Positions 21,385 through 29,830 of a DNA stretch of 64,000 nt are shown one piece after another. The position numbers and the translations under genes are program-made. Every line of letters starts with the position of its first letter. Position 1 is the first letter of the stretch. The DNA comes from Bythopirellula sp. (GTDB lineage Bacteria; Planctomycetota; Planctomycetia; Pirellulales; Lacipirellulaceae), in NCBI GenBank assembly GCA_965216565.1, contig OZ244170.1:3424001-3488000 (forward strand). Direction: 5' to 3'. A model generated the notes under the pieces. That model was not told where the DNA came from. It was given only the letters and a program-made list of their open reading frames with translations, and ran no database searches.

Positions 21385-23631
21385 ATGCCGACCCTCTCCG
21401 ACAGCATCGTTTCTAGCTCATCGCGAACGCTGGCCGTTCGTGTGCGGCCAGATCTCAAAGCGCGTCGGCAACGCTACCAGGGTCGTGTCTATTGGGTAGT
21501 GAAAGACCCGGTCGGGCTGCAATACTACCGGTTCGAAGAAGAAGAGTTTGCCATTCTGCAGATGCTCGATGGCGATGTCAGTCTGGAAGAAATCGCCGAG
21601 CAGTTCGAAGCGGAATTCCCTCCACAGACCATACGCGTGGAAGAATTGCAAAACTTCCTGGGAATGCTCTATCGCAGCGGGCTGGTCATCTCCGACTCGC
21701 GGGGGCAAGGCGTACAACTTAAGCAGCGGCACGACGAGCGCCGCAAGAAGGAATTGATTGGCTCGTTTAGCAACGTGCTGGCGATCCGATTTCGCGGATT
21801 CGACCCAGAACATATCCTAAACGCTATGTACCCATGGGTTCGCTGGTTCTTTACCACCCCCGCACTCATTTGTTGTTTGATCCTCTGTCTGAGTGCGGCG
21901 ACCCTTGTTGCCGTACAGTTCGATGTTTTTCAGTCGCGGCTGCCTTCGTTCCAAACTTTTTTCAGCGCACAAAACTGGCTCCTCATTGCGGCGGTCCTTG
22001 GCATCACCAAGGTCATCCATGAGTTCGGCCATGGATTGCCCTGTAAACACTTTGGCGGCGAATGTCATGAGATGGGGGTCATGTTTCTGGTCCTCACCCC
22101 TTGTCTGTATTGCAACGTTTCTGATTCTTGGATGCTTCCAAACCGTTGGCACCGGGCCGCTATCGGTGCGGCTGGGATGTATATCGAAGTGGTGATCGCC
22201 TCCGTATGCACCTTTATCTGGTGGTTCAGTGAGCCAGGCTTCCTAAATTACTTGTGTTTGAATGTAATGTTCGTCAGTTCGGTCAGCACCATCCTGTTCA
22301 ATGCCAACCCGCTGCTGCGCTACGATGGCTACTACATTCTGAGCGACATCCTGGAGATTCCAAACCTCCGACAAAAGGCCAACTCGATTCTCACCCGTAA
22401 GCTACGCAAGTGGTGCTTAGGGCTAGAAGAACAGGAAGATCCGTTTCTGCCGAAGCGGAATCAAGGTCTGTTCGCTTTATACACGGTTGCGGCATTCTTC
22501 TACCGCTGGTTTATCTTGCTGTCGATTCTGTTTTTCCTCAACAAGATCTTCGAACCGTATGGCCTCAAAGTACTCGGTCAAATGATCGCGATGGTTTCCA
22601 TTTGGGGGCTCGTTTTTATGCCCCTACAAAAAGTGTACAAATTCTTGAAAGTGCCTGGGAGTTTAAGAAAAGTGAAAAAGGTTCGCGTGTACGCCACACT
22701 ACTGGTGCTGGTCGGCCTGATCAGTGGTCTGTTGCTGATTCCGTTTCCCTCGAGTGTCATCTGTCCCTTCGAATTGAAGCCTCGCGGTGCTGCGTCGGTT
22801 TATGTAGAGGTGGAAGGTGTGCTTAACGAATTGCTGGTCGAACCCGGCGAGCAAGTGGAGGCTGGTCAATTGCTGGCCAAAATGGAAAATATCGATTTGG
22901 AAATCGACGTCGCCCGCCTCCGGGGCGAGCAGAACGGGGCATTAGCCCAGTTGGAAAGCTTGAAGCACGTGCAGTTTCGTGACGAGCAAGCGGCTTTGCA
23001 GATGGATCTCACTCGGAAACGATACGAATCGATTACCGAACAGTTAGAACAAAAACTCAAAGATATGGGTCGGCTGGAACTTCGTGCCCCAATCGCTGGG
23101 ACTGTTATTCCACCGCCGAAGTTTCGAGAATCGTCGGTCGACGAGCGCCTGCAATTAGCGAGTTGGTCTGGCTCACCGCTACACAAGAAAAACTTAGGTG
23201 CGACACTTCAACCCGATGGCCAACGCGATCTATTCTGCCAAATCGGCGACCCCGACCGTTGGGACGCCGTGCTAGTGCTCAATCAGCGCGATCTCGATTG
23301 GGTGCATGGCGGCGAAGAGGTGCGGCTCATGTTTGAAGAATCTCCTTATCACATATTTGTCAGCAAGATTCAACGTATCGCCACCGACGAACTCGAGGGC
23401 GTCTCGCAACAGTTGGCCAGCACTTCCGGCGGGCCGGTGCCGGCCCAGGCAGATCCCGATGGCGTGATTCGTCCACTCGACACTTCCTACCAGGCCGACG
23501 TTCCGTTAGACAACTCGCTAGGGCTGATGCGCAATGGGCTGACCGGCCAAGCCCGCATCAAAACAGCCCCCCGCACACTCGCCAGTCGACTGTACCGCTA
23601 TTTGAGCCGGACGTTTAGCTTTGATTTGTAG
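21385..23631 (+). CDS. Fusion of PqqD/RRE-like winged helix, M50 site-2 zinc protease and HlyD-like adaptor
   Basis: N-terminal VKDPVGLQYYRF....ILQMLDG..SLEEI...F.....L..FL.ML.RSGL; HEFGH and NANPLLRYDGY (M50 zinc ligands); C-terminal VEGVL.ELLVEPGEQVEAGQLL..RAPIAGTV. Confidence 0.88.
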   Translation: MPTLSDSIVSSSSRTLAVRVRPDLKARRQRYQGRVYWVVKDPVGLQYYRFEEEEFAILQMLDGDVSLEEIAEQFEAEFPPQTIRVEELQNFLGMLYRSGLVISDSRGQGVQLKQRHDERRKKELIGSFSNVLAIRFRGFDPEHILNAMYPWVRWFFTTPALICCLILCLSAATLVAVQFDVFQSRLPSFQTFFSAQNWLLIAAVLGITKVIHEFGHGLPCKHFGGECHEMGVMFLVLTPCLYCNVSDSWMLPNRWHRAAIGAAGMYIEVVIASVCTFIWWFSEPGFLNYLCLNVMFVSSVSTILFNANPLLRYDGYYILSDILEIPNLRQKANSILTRKLRKWCLGLEEQEDPFLPKRNQGLFALYTVAAFFYRWFILLSILFFLNKIFEPYGLKVLGQMIAMVSIWGLVFMPLQKVYKFLKVPGSLRKVKKVRVYATLLVLVGLISGLLLIPFPSSVICPFELKPRGAASVYVEVEGVLNELLVEPGEQVEAGQLLAKMENIDLEIDVARLRGEQNGALAQLESLKHVQFRDEQAALQMDLTRKRYESITEQLEQKLKDMGRLELRAPIAGTVIPPPKFRESSVDERLQLASWSGSPLHKKNLGATLQPDGQRDLFCQIGDPDRWDAVLVLNQRDLDWVHGGEEVRLMFEESPYHIFVSKIQRIATDELEGVSQQLASTSGGPVPAQADPDGVIRPLDTSYQADVPLDNSLGLMRNGLTGQARIKTAPRTLASRLYRYLSRTFSFDL

Positions 23632-23645
23632 CGGGGGTATTCATC

Positions 23646-25142
23646 CTACTCGACTAGTTTTTTTGTCAGCGGAACGATCAACGAGCGATCGTCACTACGG
23701 ATTAAAATGCCAATAACGTTGCCGTCGCTCGCGGCCACTACGCTGGCTCCGTGCCAAGTGTCGTCCAATGGCACGCCGGGGTCGACGCCCCAGGCAGGCA
23801 CTCCTGCACTCTCAAGCATCGTTAGGCGCTCCACGGCAATGGGCATTGTCATATCGTCGCTACCGCAAGTGACGATCAATTCTTCAGGAGCGTTTGCTGA
23901 ACGTAGTTTCGTCACGGGCCAACTCACGATTTTTGCGTCGAGCTCGCTCGGTTGACGGCAAGTAGCCAGCGCTCCTAAGGCATTTGTACCACTTAGGGGA
24001 AGAGAATTCTCTTTGCCAGAAACCTCTAAGCTGTACTCTTCCTCATCGCCTTCGTCGATTACCAACATGTTGGCTGGGCCCAGTAACCGCCCATCATCCA
24101 GGGGCAACAACCAACCACGCTGACGTCCCGCCCCTAAAGCACCGAGAGCTCCCTGTTGACGGCGGTAGCCTAACAAGGATCGCGGCGTGGAAGATCCGGT
24201 CGGCAGCGTTGCCGTACCGATGGCAATTCGCGGTTGCCAATTGATCCATTCATCGCGGGGCGAATTGAACAATTCGAAGCGATGACCCGTCGCGGCAAGA
24301 TTGCCGGGGCTATTGGGCGTCGCAAACGAAACCCCACCGGCTGCAATCGTGGCCAAGGTCTCGGCATCGAGTTCGATTCCACCCAAGCCGATCTTCACAT
24401 CCAATCCGCTCGTGCTCCAGAAGCGAGTGTTTTCGCGAATTAGTTCACGATAGTTGGGTGAGATTAGTGCCCGTGCTTCGACGGTTGCGGCATCGTTCGT
24501 TAGCCCCACCGATAGAATTTGACCTACAACGACACCCCGATAACTGATCGGTGATCCACTCTGCAAGCCATAGCGTTTCTTGCCCTCTAGCACGACCTCC
24601 AATCCGTCGGCAATGTTCTCTGCCGGGGCTGAGGCTGTTTCCAAACCATAAAACAAATTGCTCGGCGGGGCATCCGTTGGTCCGGGAACCACGCCCACGT
24701 ATTGTCCTCCAACCAATGTATCGAGGCCGCGTACCTGGCCGACGCTAATATCGGGGCGCTCAATCCAAAATCGTGATCCTTCGCGCGCCAGCGAGGCGGC
24801 GGCGGCAGTAAACTGAATTCGCACGACTACGCTATCGAGCGTTTCGTTTAAGAGTATTTCTCGTACCTCGCCAACGTCGATGCCCCGAAAACGTACCGGA
24901 TCGCCGGGGTGCAATCCGTGGCCTTGCGAAAAATGGACATCGATCATCGGCCCTTCGCCACGAACCTGAAACCACACCAGCCCACCCGCCAAAATCGCAC
25001 ATACCAGCGTAGCAATCCACATCTTAGAAACTAACAGCCCCGCAGTTTTCGCAGGTGATGGCGCCTCACGCACTTCCGCCACGGGATACTCGTTGCCATA
25101 GTCTTCTGGGGCTGGCTTGTTGGATTCAGGCACAGTCGTCAT
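23646..25142 (-). CDS. PqiB/MlaD-family protein (two MCE domains) with a C-terminal trypsin-like region
   Basis: N-terminal TM; GL.PG.PVRFRGIDVGEV and GL.SGSPISYRGVVVGQI; SRFWI and TRFWS motifs. Confidence 0.88.
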   Translation of the reverse strand: MTTVPESNKPAPEDYGNEYPVAEVREAPSPAKTAGLLVSKMWIATLVCAILAGGLVWFQVRGEGPMIDVHFSQGHGLHPGDPVRFRGIDVGEVREILLNETLDSVVVRIQFTAAAASLAREGSRFWIERPDISVGQVRGLDTLVGGQYVGVVPGPTDAPPSNLFYGLETASAPAENIADGLEVVLEGKKRYGLQSGSPISYRGVVVGQILSVGLTNDAATVEARALISPNYRELIRENTRFWSTSGLDVKIGLGGIELDAETLATIAAGGVSFATPNSPGNLAATGHRFELFNSPRDEWINWQPRIAIGTATLPTGSSTPRSLLGYRRQQGALGALGAGRQRGWLLPLDDGRLLGPANMLVIDEGDEEEYSLEVSGKENSLPLSGTNALGALATCRQPSELDAKIVSWPVTKLRSANAPEELIVTCGSDDMTMPIAVERLTMLESAGVPAWGVDPGVPLDDTWHGASVVAASDGNVIGILIRSDDRSLIVPLTKKLVE

Positions 25143-25713
25143 CCCAAATGGTGTGCGGATCGAAACAGATCGACGCCAACATGCTCATGGCGACGCAAAA
25201 CACAAATGCCCACACGGCTGGGCCAAAATGAAACTCTACAAGACTCCCCAACTTAACCAGCATCACCATGAATGCAAGCAGCATCACGTCCATCATGCTC
25301 CACTTGCCGGCAAACTCCATCACTCGATACGTCCAAGCTTTGTGCTGACGCTGCATCACGCCCAACAAACTAAGCTCCAAGAGCAAAACGATCTTCACCA
25401 ATGGAAACACGATTGAAAACAGAAGTACGACAATGCCAACAAACCAGTCGCCTTCTCGCAACAATTCAATCGTTCCCACCAGCAAACTCGACTCGCGACG
25501 ATGGCCTAGCTTTTCGATCTGCAAGATTGGTAGCAAGATCGCTGGCCAAAACAGCACGAAGGCTGCCGTTGCCGCGGCGGCGGTTCGGCTGGCAGACTTC
25601 GCGCACAATTGATCGATACCCGAACCACACCGCGTACAAGCAGCTATTTGGCGCTCGACCAACACCGGCACGCGATGAATCTGTCCACAGCAGTGACAGG
25701 CTTTGAGTTTCAT
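25126..25713 (-). CDS. pqiA: Paraquat-inducible protein A (single PqiA domain)
   Basis: CHCCG..CTRCG zinc ribbon; LFSIVFPLVKI; GKWSMMDV; FDP.TIWD. Confidence 0.92.
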   Translation of the reverse strand: MKLKACHCCGQIHRVPVLVERQIAACTRCGSGIDQLCAKSASRTAAAATAAFVLFWPAILLPILQIEKLGHRRESSLLVGTIELLREGDWFVGIVVLLFSIVFPLVKIVLLLELSLLGVMQRQHKAWTYRVMEFAGKWSMMDVMLLAFMVMLVKLGSLVEFHFGPAVWAFVFCVAMSMLASICFDPHTIWDDDCA

Positions 25714-25765
25714 ATTCGAGACACTCTGGGGACGCTCGATTTCCAAGCAGTCGGATACTTAAGGG

Positions 25766-25838
25766 AACCACGAATGAACACTAATCTACACTAATGTTAT
25801 GAAACTCATTCGCGCCTTTTAGTATTCATTTGCGTTAC
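25766..25838. repeat. Inverted pair of 10-bp-period arrays overlapping the 3' end of the fetB-like gene
   Basis: CCACGAATGA ACACTAATCT ACACTAAT versus ATTCGCGCCT TTTAGTATTC ATTTGCGTTA. Confidence 0.65.
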
Positions 25839-26552
25839 CCCATCAGCTTCAGAGTTACGCTCCAACAAAGATAGAAAACAAGCCGCCGAAATCCCGCCCG
25901 ATCCAAACATCATTGCCATTACCATAATCTGATATCTGGCGGCCACCAAGGGATCGGTCCCCGCAAGAATTTGGCCGGTCATCATCCCTGGAAGCGAAAC
26001 TAGCCCTACCGAGAGCAAGGAATTCGTGATTGGAATCAGTGCCGCCCGCATTCCTGCTTGCCGTGCTGCTTCGTATTTTTTTCCGTCTGACTTCTCAGAA
26101 ACAAATCTTTCCGCGGCGATGCTTAGCGAGTTCATGGCCACAGAGAATGTCATCCCCCCCAGGGGCACCAGATAACGGGGCAGAAACCAAGGCTCCAACT
26201 GCAGTACGGCTTGAGTAATTAAAGCCAGGCACACCCCACCACCCAGGGCAATGGAAAGCCACGCCTTGAAGTAGTAGTTGCTTCTTCTTTCAGCTACAGG
26301 TCCCAATGCGATCCAACTGGCTGCACTCACCATGACCAAAAGAACAGCAAGAATCACCCAGGGCTTGTCTGATTTAAAGATGTGGGTCAGGACGTAACCG
26401 ACAGCAAACAACTGGGCCAACATCCGTACCACGGCCCATACAGCACGACCTATACCGAGCGACCAGCGATGAATGATCACAATCACCAACAGCACGGGCA
26501 GAAAACCTATGGCCAGGTTCAGCAGTGAAATGGTCGGCAGCGGGTCGCGCAT
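25806..26552 (-). CDS. UPF0014/FetB (YbbM)-like ABC permease
   Basis: RM.AQL..VGYVL; PRYLVPLGGM; AALIP.TNSL..VGLVSLPGMMTGQILAG.DP..AARYQI. Confidence 0.9.
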   Translation of the reverse strand: MRDPLPTISLLNLAIGFLPVLLVIVIIHRWSLGIGRAVWAVVRMLAQLFAVGYVLTHIFKSDKPWVILAVLLVMVSAASWIALGPVAERRSNYYFKAWLSIALGGGVCLALITQAVLQLEPWFLPRYLVPLGGMTFSVAMNSLSIAAERFVSEKSDGKKYEAARQAGMRAALIPITNSLLSVGLVSLPGMMTGQILAGTDPLVAARYQIMVMAMMFGSGGISAACFLSLLERNSEADGVTQMNTKRRE

Positions 26553-26559
26553 AAGTGGT

Positions 26560-27489
26560 CTACTCTAAGGTGTCGCCGACTTGCACCGGGTAGCCACGCA
26601 AGAATGTCGCGGCATCCATCGCCCGCTTCCCCGCCGGTTGTATTTCTTCCATAGCCAGCAAACCTGCTCCCGTCGAAACCAGCAACTGCGACTGAGATTT
26701 CACCACTGTGCCGGCGATGGCTTTCGATTCGTCATCCAGAAACGACGAACGATGGACGATCAACCGAAGCGGTTCTCCCCCTTCTCGTCGCCAATGCGTG
26801 TACGCCCGCGGCCAGGGTTGCAGGGCGCGAACCTGATTGTGTATTTGCTGGGCGGACTTCGACCAATCGATCAGCCCTTTTTCTTTGGAAAGACGCGGCG
26901 CCTTGGTAGCTTGCGCCTTGTCTTGCTGAATCGGTTCCGCCTTGCCACTTGCCAAGTCTTCAACCACACTCAACACGAGCTCCGCCCCCTGCTCTGCCAT
27001 CCGGGCTTCCAGTTCCCCAGCCGTTTCATCGGGATCGATTGGGATCCGCTGCACGCCCAGGCACGGACCGGCGTCGAGGCCCGGCGTCATTTGAATCACC
27101 GTGTTTCCTGTTTCCGTGTCACCATTCAGTACGGCCCATTGCACTGGCGCAGCGCCGCGATACTTGGGCAGTAGCGAACCATGCAGATTGATCCCGCCCA
27201 ATCGGGAAACCTCAAGCGTTGCCGGTTTCAAGATTTCGCCATAGTCGCAAACAACGAGCAAATCGAGTTGCAGAGACGTCAGCCGTTCGCGGGCTTCGTC
27301 GCAATTGACCGTCTCTGGAAGCCACACCTCAATACCCAACTCCTCGGCGGCCTGCTGCACGGGCGAGGGCTGCGCGCGTCGACCCCGCGGCGGACGCGAA
27401 ACCGCGCAGGTCACCTCATGCGATGATCCCCCCAACGCCCGCAGCGTTGGCACGGCAAAGGGACCAGTTCCAAGAAGAGCTAAACGCAT
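26560..27489 (-). CDS. fmt: Methionyl-tRNA formyltransferase
   Basis: GTGPFAVP; INLHGSLLPKYRGAAP; LDAG; IDW.KSA.QI.NQVRAL.PWP; QPAGKRAM. Confidence 0.97.
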   Translation of the reverse strand: MRLALLGTGPFAVPTLRALGGSSHEVTCAVSRPPRGRRAQPSPVQQAAEELGIEVWLPETVNCDEARERLTSLQLDLLVVCDYGEILKPATLEVSRLGGINLHGSLLPKYRGAAPVQWAVLNGDTETGNTVIQMTPGLDAGPCLGVQRIPIDPDETAGELEARMAEQGAELVLSVVEDLASGKAEPIQQDKAQATKAPRLSKEKGLIDWSKSAQQIHNQVRALQPWPRAYTHWRREGGEPLRLIVHRSSFLDDESKAIAGTVVKSQSQLLVSTGAGLLAMEEIQPAGKRAMDAATFLRGYPVQVGDTLE

Positions 27490-27524
27490 CAGGTTTGTTC
27501 CGTGAAATCCGTCGGAGGTGGTTC

Positions 27525-27603
27525 AATGTAGGATGTAAGATGCTTGATTGCTGATCTGCTCGAATCCTTCTAGAGTATCAACATCAACAGTCTCACTTCA
27601 AAC
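27525..27603. repeat. Inverted pair of 7-bp-period arrays between def and fmt
   Basis: AATGTAG GATGTAA GATGCTT GATTGCT GAT ... ATCAACATCAACAGTCTCACTTCAAAC; same GATGT-type family as the array at 12159. Confidence 0.6.
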
Positions 27604-27608
27604 ACGGT

Positions 27609-28196
27609 TTATGTTCTTAGCTTTTCTAACTCCGCCAACCGATTTGCAATCGCTTCGTCGCCGGGCAATTCGCCACATTCTCGCCGACTGGTGAAGTCGA
27701 TTTCAAACTCTTCAAGCTGATCGCGAACATCGGCGGCCTGGGCAGGTGTAAGCCGGTCGATAAACAGCGTCCCATCGAGATGATCGGTTTCGTGCTGCAC
27801 GATCCGTGCCAGCAACCCATCGACTTCGCCGGTAAACGCTTCGCCAGAAAGATTGTACGCTTCGACCTTGATCTTTTCCTTCCGCACCACCGGGCCCATT
27901 ACCCCTGGGATGCTCAGGCAGCCTTCGTCGCCCTCTTCCTGCCCTTTTCCACCGCTTAACACCGGATTGATAAACACCATTTCGGCGTCCTTGTTACTGG
28001 CATCGCCCGAGGGATTGGCCACGAATAGCCGATAAGGCAAGTCAACCTGGTTGGCCGCCAGACCCACTCCCTCGTGGGCATACATCAGCTCGAACATTTG
28101 AGCGACCAGGTCGCGGAGTTCTGTATCAACTTTCTTAAGTGTCCGAGATACATGCCGTAGCGTCGGATGAGGGTAATGGATGATTTCAAGCTTCAA
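27609..28196 (-). CDS. def: Peptide deformylase
   Basis: GVGLAANQV; EGCLSIPG; QHETDHLDG; TTG start at 28196 inferred (LKLEIIHYP). Confidence 0.97.
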   Translation of the reverse strand: MKLEIIHYPHPTLRHVSRTLKKVDTELRDLVAQMFELMYAHEGVGLAANQVDLPYRLFVANPSGDASNKDAEMVFINPVLSGGKGQEEGDEGCLSIPGVMGPVVRKEKIKVEAYNLSGEAFTGEVDGLLARIVQHETDHLDGTLFIDRLTPAQAADVRDQLEEFEIDFTSRRECGELPGDEAIANRLAELEKLRT

Positions 28197-28311
28197 GGTG
28201 CTACCTGCAGTCAGAGGCGGGGCGATGCGATTGAACTTACTGAGGCCATTCGGGAAATCTACAGACGCGAAGCGTGCTGTCACCTCGCCCCGGCGAGTCG
28301 CCTTCGGAGAC

Positions 28312-28358
28312 CCGAGGTCTGCCGGGGGGGGCTGGCCAGATTCCTCGGCAGAGCTCGG
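28312..28358. other. GC-rich hairpin, possible terminator or attenuator upstream of def
   Basis: Imperfect inverted repeat CCGAGGTCTGCCGGGG / CCTCGGCAGAGCTCGG. Confidence 0.45.
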
Positions 28359-28540
28359 AATAACAACTACTTCCGTCGCTGTGCTGATTGATCAGACTCC
28401 TGGAGGGTCCAAGCAGTGGGTTGAATTATAACGGACGCACAGCACTTGCAGGAGGTGCCCTCGTTGAAACCAGGAGCAAGAAAAAAGGTAGGTGCCTACT
28501 AGCACCTACCTTTATGAGTTTTTGCTGATTCAATCCAACA

Positions 28541-28954
28541 CTAGCGCTGGATCGGATACCAAGGCCCGCGAGCGTAGTAAACGCCGAATTGGGCTGTATC
28601 TGCTGGCCAGACGGGCGTATTTCGGAAGCCACCGCCAAAGGGTCCAGGACCTGGGTAGTTGCGACCAAACTGATGATCGATCCGCGAGATACGTGAGCTT
28701 GGTGCGCCCCAACTCCAATTCGTCTGCAGATTCGCCGTCGGCGGTACCACCAATGCTACAGGCTGGCCGTAGGCGGAGTGATTGAAATTGCCATGCCAGT
28801 TGTACTGGCTGGCGCGTCGCTGAGCAGTCTTTAAGTACGGCATTTGGCAAGCAGGTACGCAAGCACCCGATGAGCAATCGCTACATTGGGCAAACGCCGG
28901 GGCTGCGACGATGCATAGCATTGCAGCAGTCAATGAATGGATGATCTTTTTCAC
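28541..28954 (-). CDS. Small secreted Pro/Gly/aromatic-rich hypothetical protein
   Basis: Signal peptide ending in AFA; Cys-rich start of mature part; RBS AAGGA. Confidence 0.75.
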   Translation of the reverse strand: MKKIIHSLTAAMLCIVAAPAFAQCSDCSSGACVPACQMPYLKTAQRRASQYNWHGNFNHSAYGQPVALVVPPTANLQTNWSWGAPSSRISRIDHQFGRNYPGPGPFGGGFRNTPVWPADTAQFGVYYARGPWYPIQR

Positions 28955-29008
28955 AGTACCGTTCCTTCGGTAATCAAGTGAGATGGGGAATATTTCAATC
29001 AGCAGATT

Positions 29009-29398
29009 TTAGAAACGCCAGTTCAAATCGTGGCGAATATCTTGCAGCTTCAATCCACGTGTTCGATAGCGGATCTTAGCTCGATTCCAACCTGCCCCGG
29101 GTGTGTAGGCATAGTGCGAACGAGTGTGCTTGTACATATACTCGTGTGGCATCCACGGTTGGTAGGTAGTGTAGGTATGCCCGACATTGGCAGGAACAGG
29201 GACCGGCGAGATATACATCTGAGCGGCCGTACCGCTAGGCTGAGGTCCAACGTAGTAATTAGCAAACAAGTCACGTTTGTCTTGGTAGCTAATGATACGC
29301 TGCCATTTGCCTTCCGCGGCTTGGCAGGCAGATGGAACCTGTACGATGCCGACTAAGGCAGCCAGCAGGCTGGCCCAACAAAGAAAACGGCTGACCAT
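29009..29398 (-). CDS. Small secreted Tyr/Pro/His-rich hypothetical protein
   Basis: Signal peptide; MYISPVPVPANVGHTYTTYQPWMPHEYMYKH; RBS GGAGG. Confidence 0.78.
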   Translation of the reverse strand: MVSRFLCWASLLAALVGIVQVPSACQAAEGKWQRIISYQDKRDLFANYYVGPQPSGTAAQMYISPVPVPANVGHTYTTYQPWMPHEYMYKHTRSHYAYTPGAGWNRAKIRYRTRGLKLQDIRHDLNWRF

Positions 29399-29830
29399 AA
29401 TTCCCCTCCGTCAATGTTATCTTGGTTCGCGGAAACGCACCGCAACGGATCCTTACCCTCACAGGGCAAGCATTTTCACGGCGGGAATTTCCCTATAATA
29501 AGGGCCGCTAAAGGTTGGTTATTGTGAGCCAGTCGTGGTGGGATGTCCGCAAGGCGGAGATCGAGGACCGGCTGCGAGGATCTCTACCATTGGATGTCGG
29601 CATGTAACGGTCGTGACAATCAGTTTTTGTGTGACGGAGACGACGTTGATCGGATTTATGCTAGCCAGTTCGGGGTGCTTCTACCCTGTAGCTCGACGGC
29701 TTGTGTCGCTATAATCCCCCTAGTCGTTAAAGCTTCGCAGTGGATTGGCCATCGCATTCGCAATCGCCCTCTCGGCTTGCCTTTCGGCATTCGTCACCAA
29801 CCCAAACCCTAGTAAATCGGAGATGTCGTC

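Noticed and set aside
21385..23631. Complete RiPP biosynthetic cluster
   Set aside because: An RRE-like domain and protease are present, but I could not identify a precursor peptide or modifying enzyme nearby.
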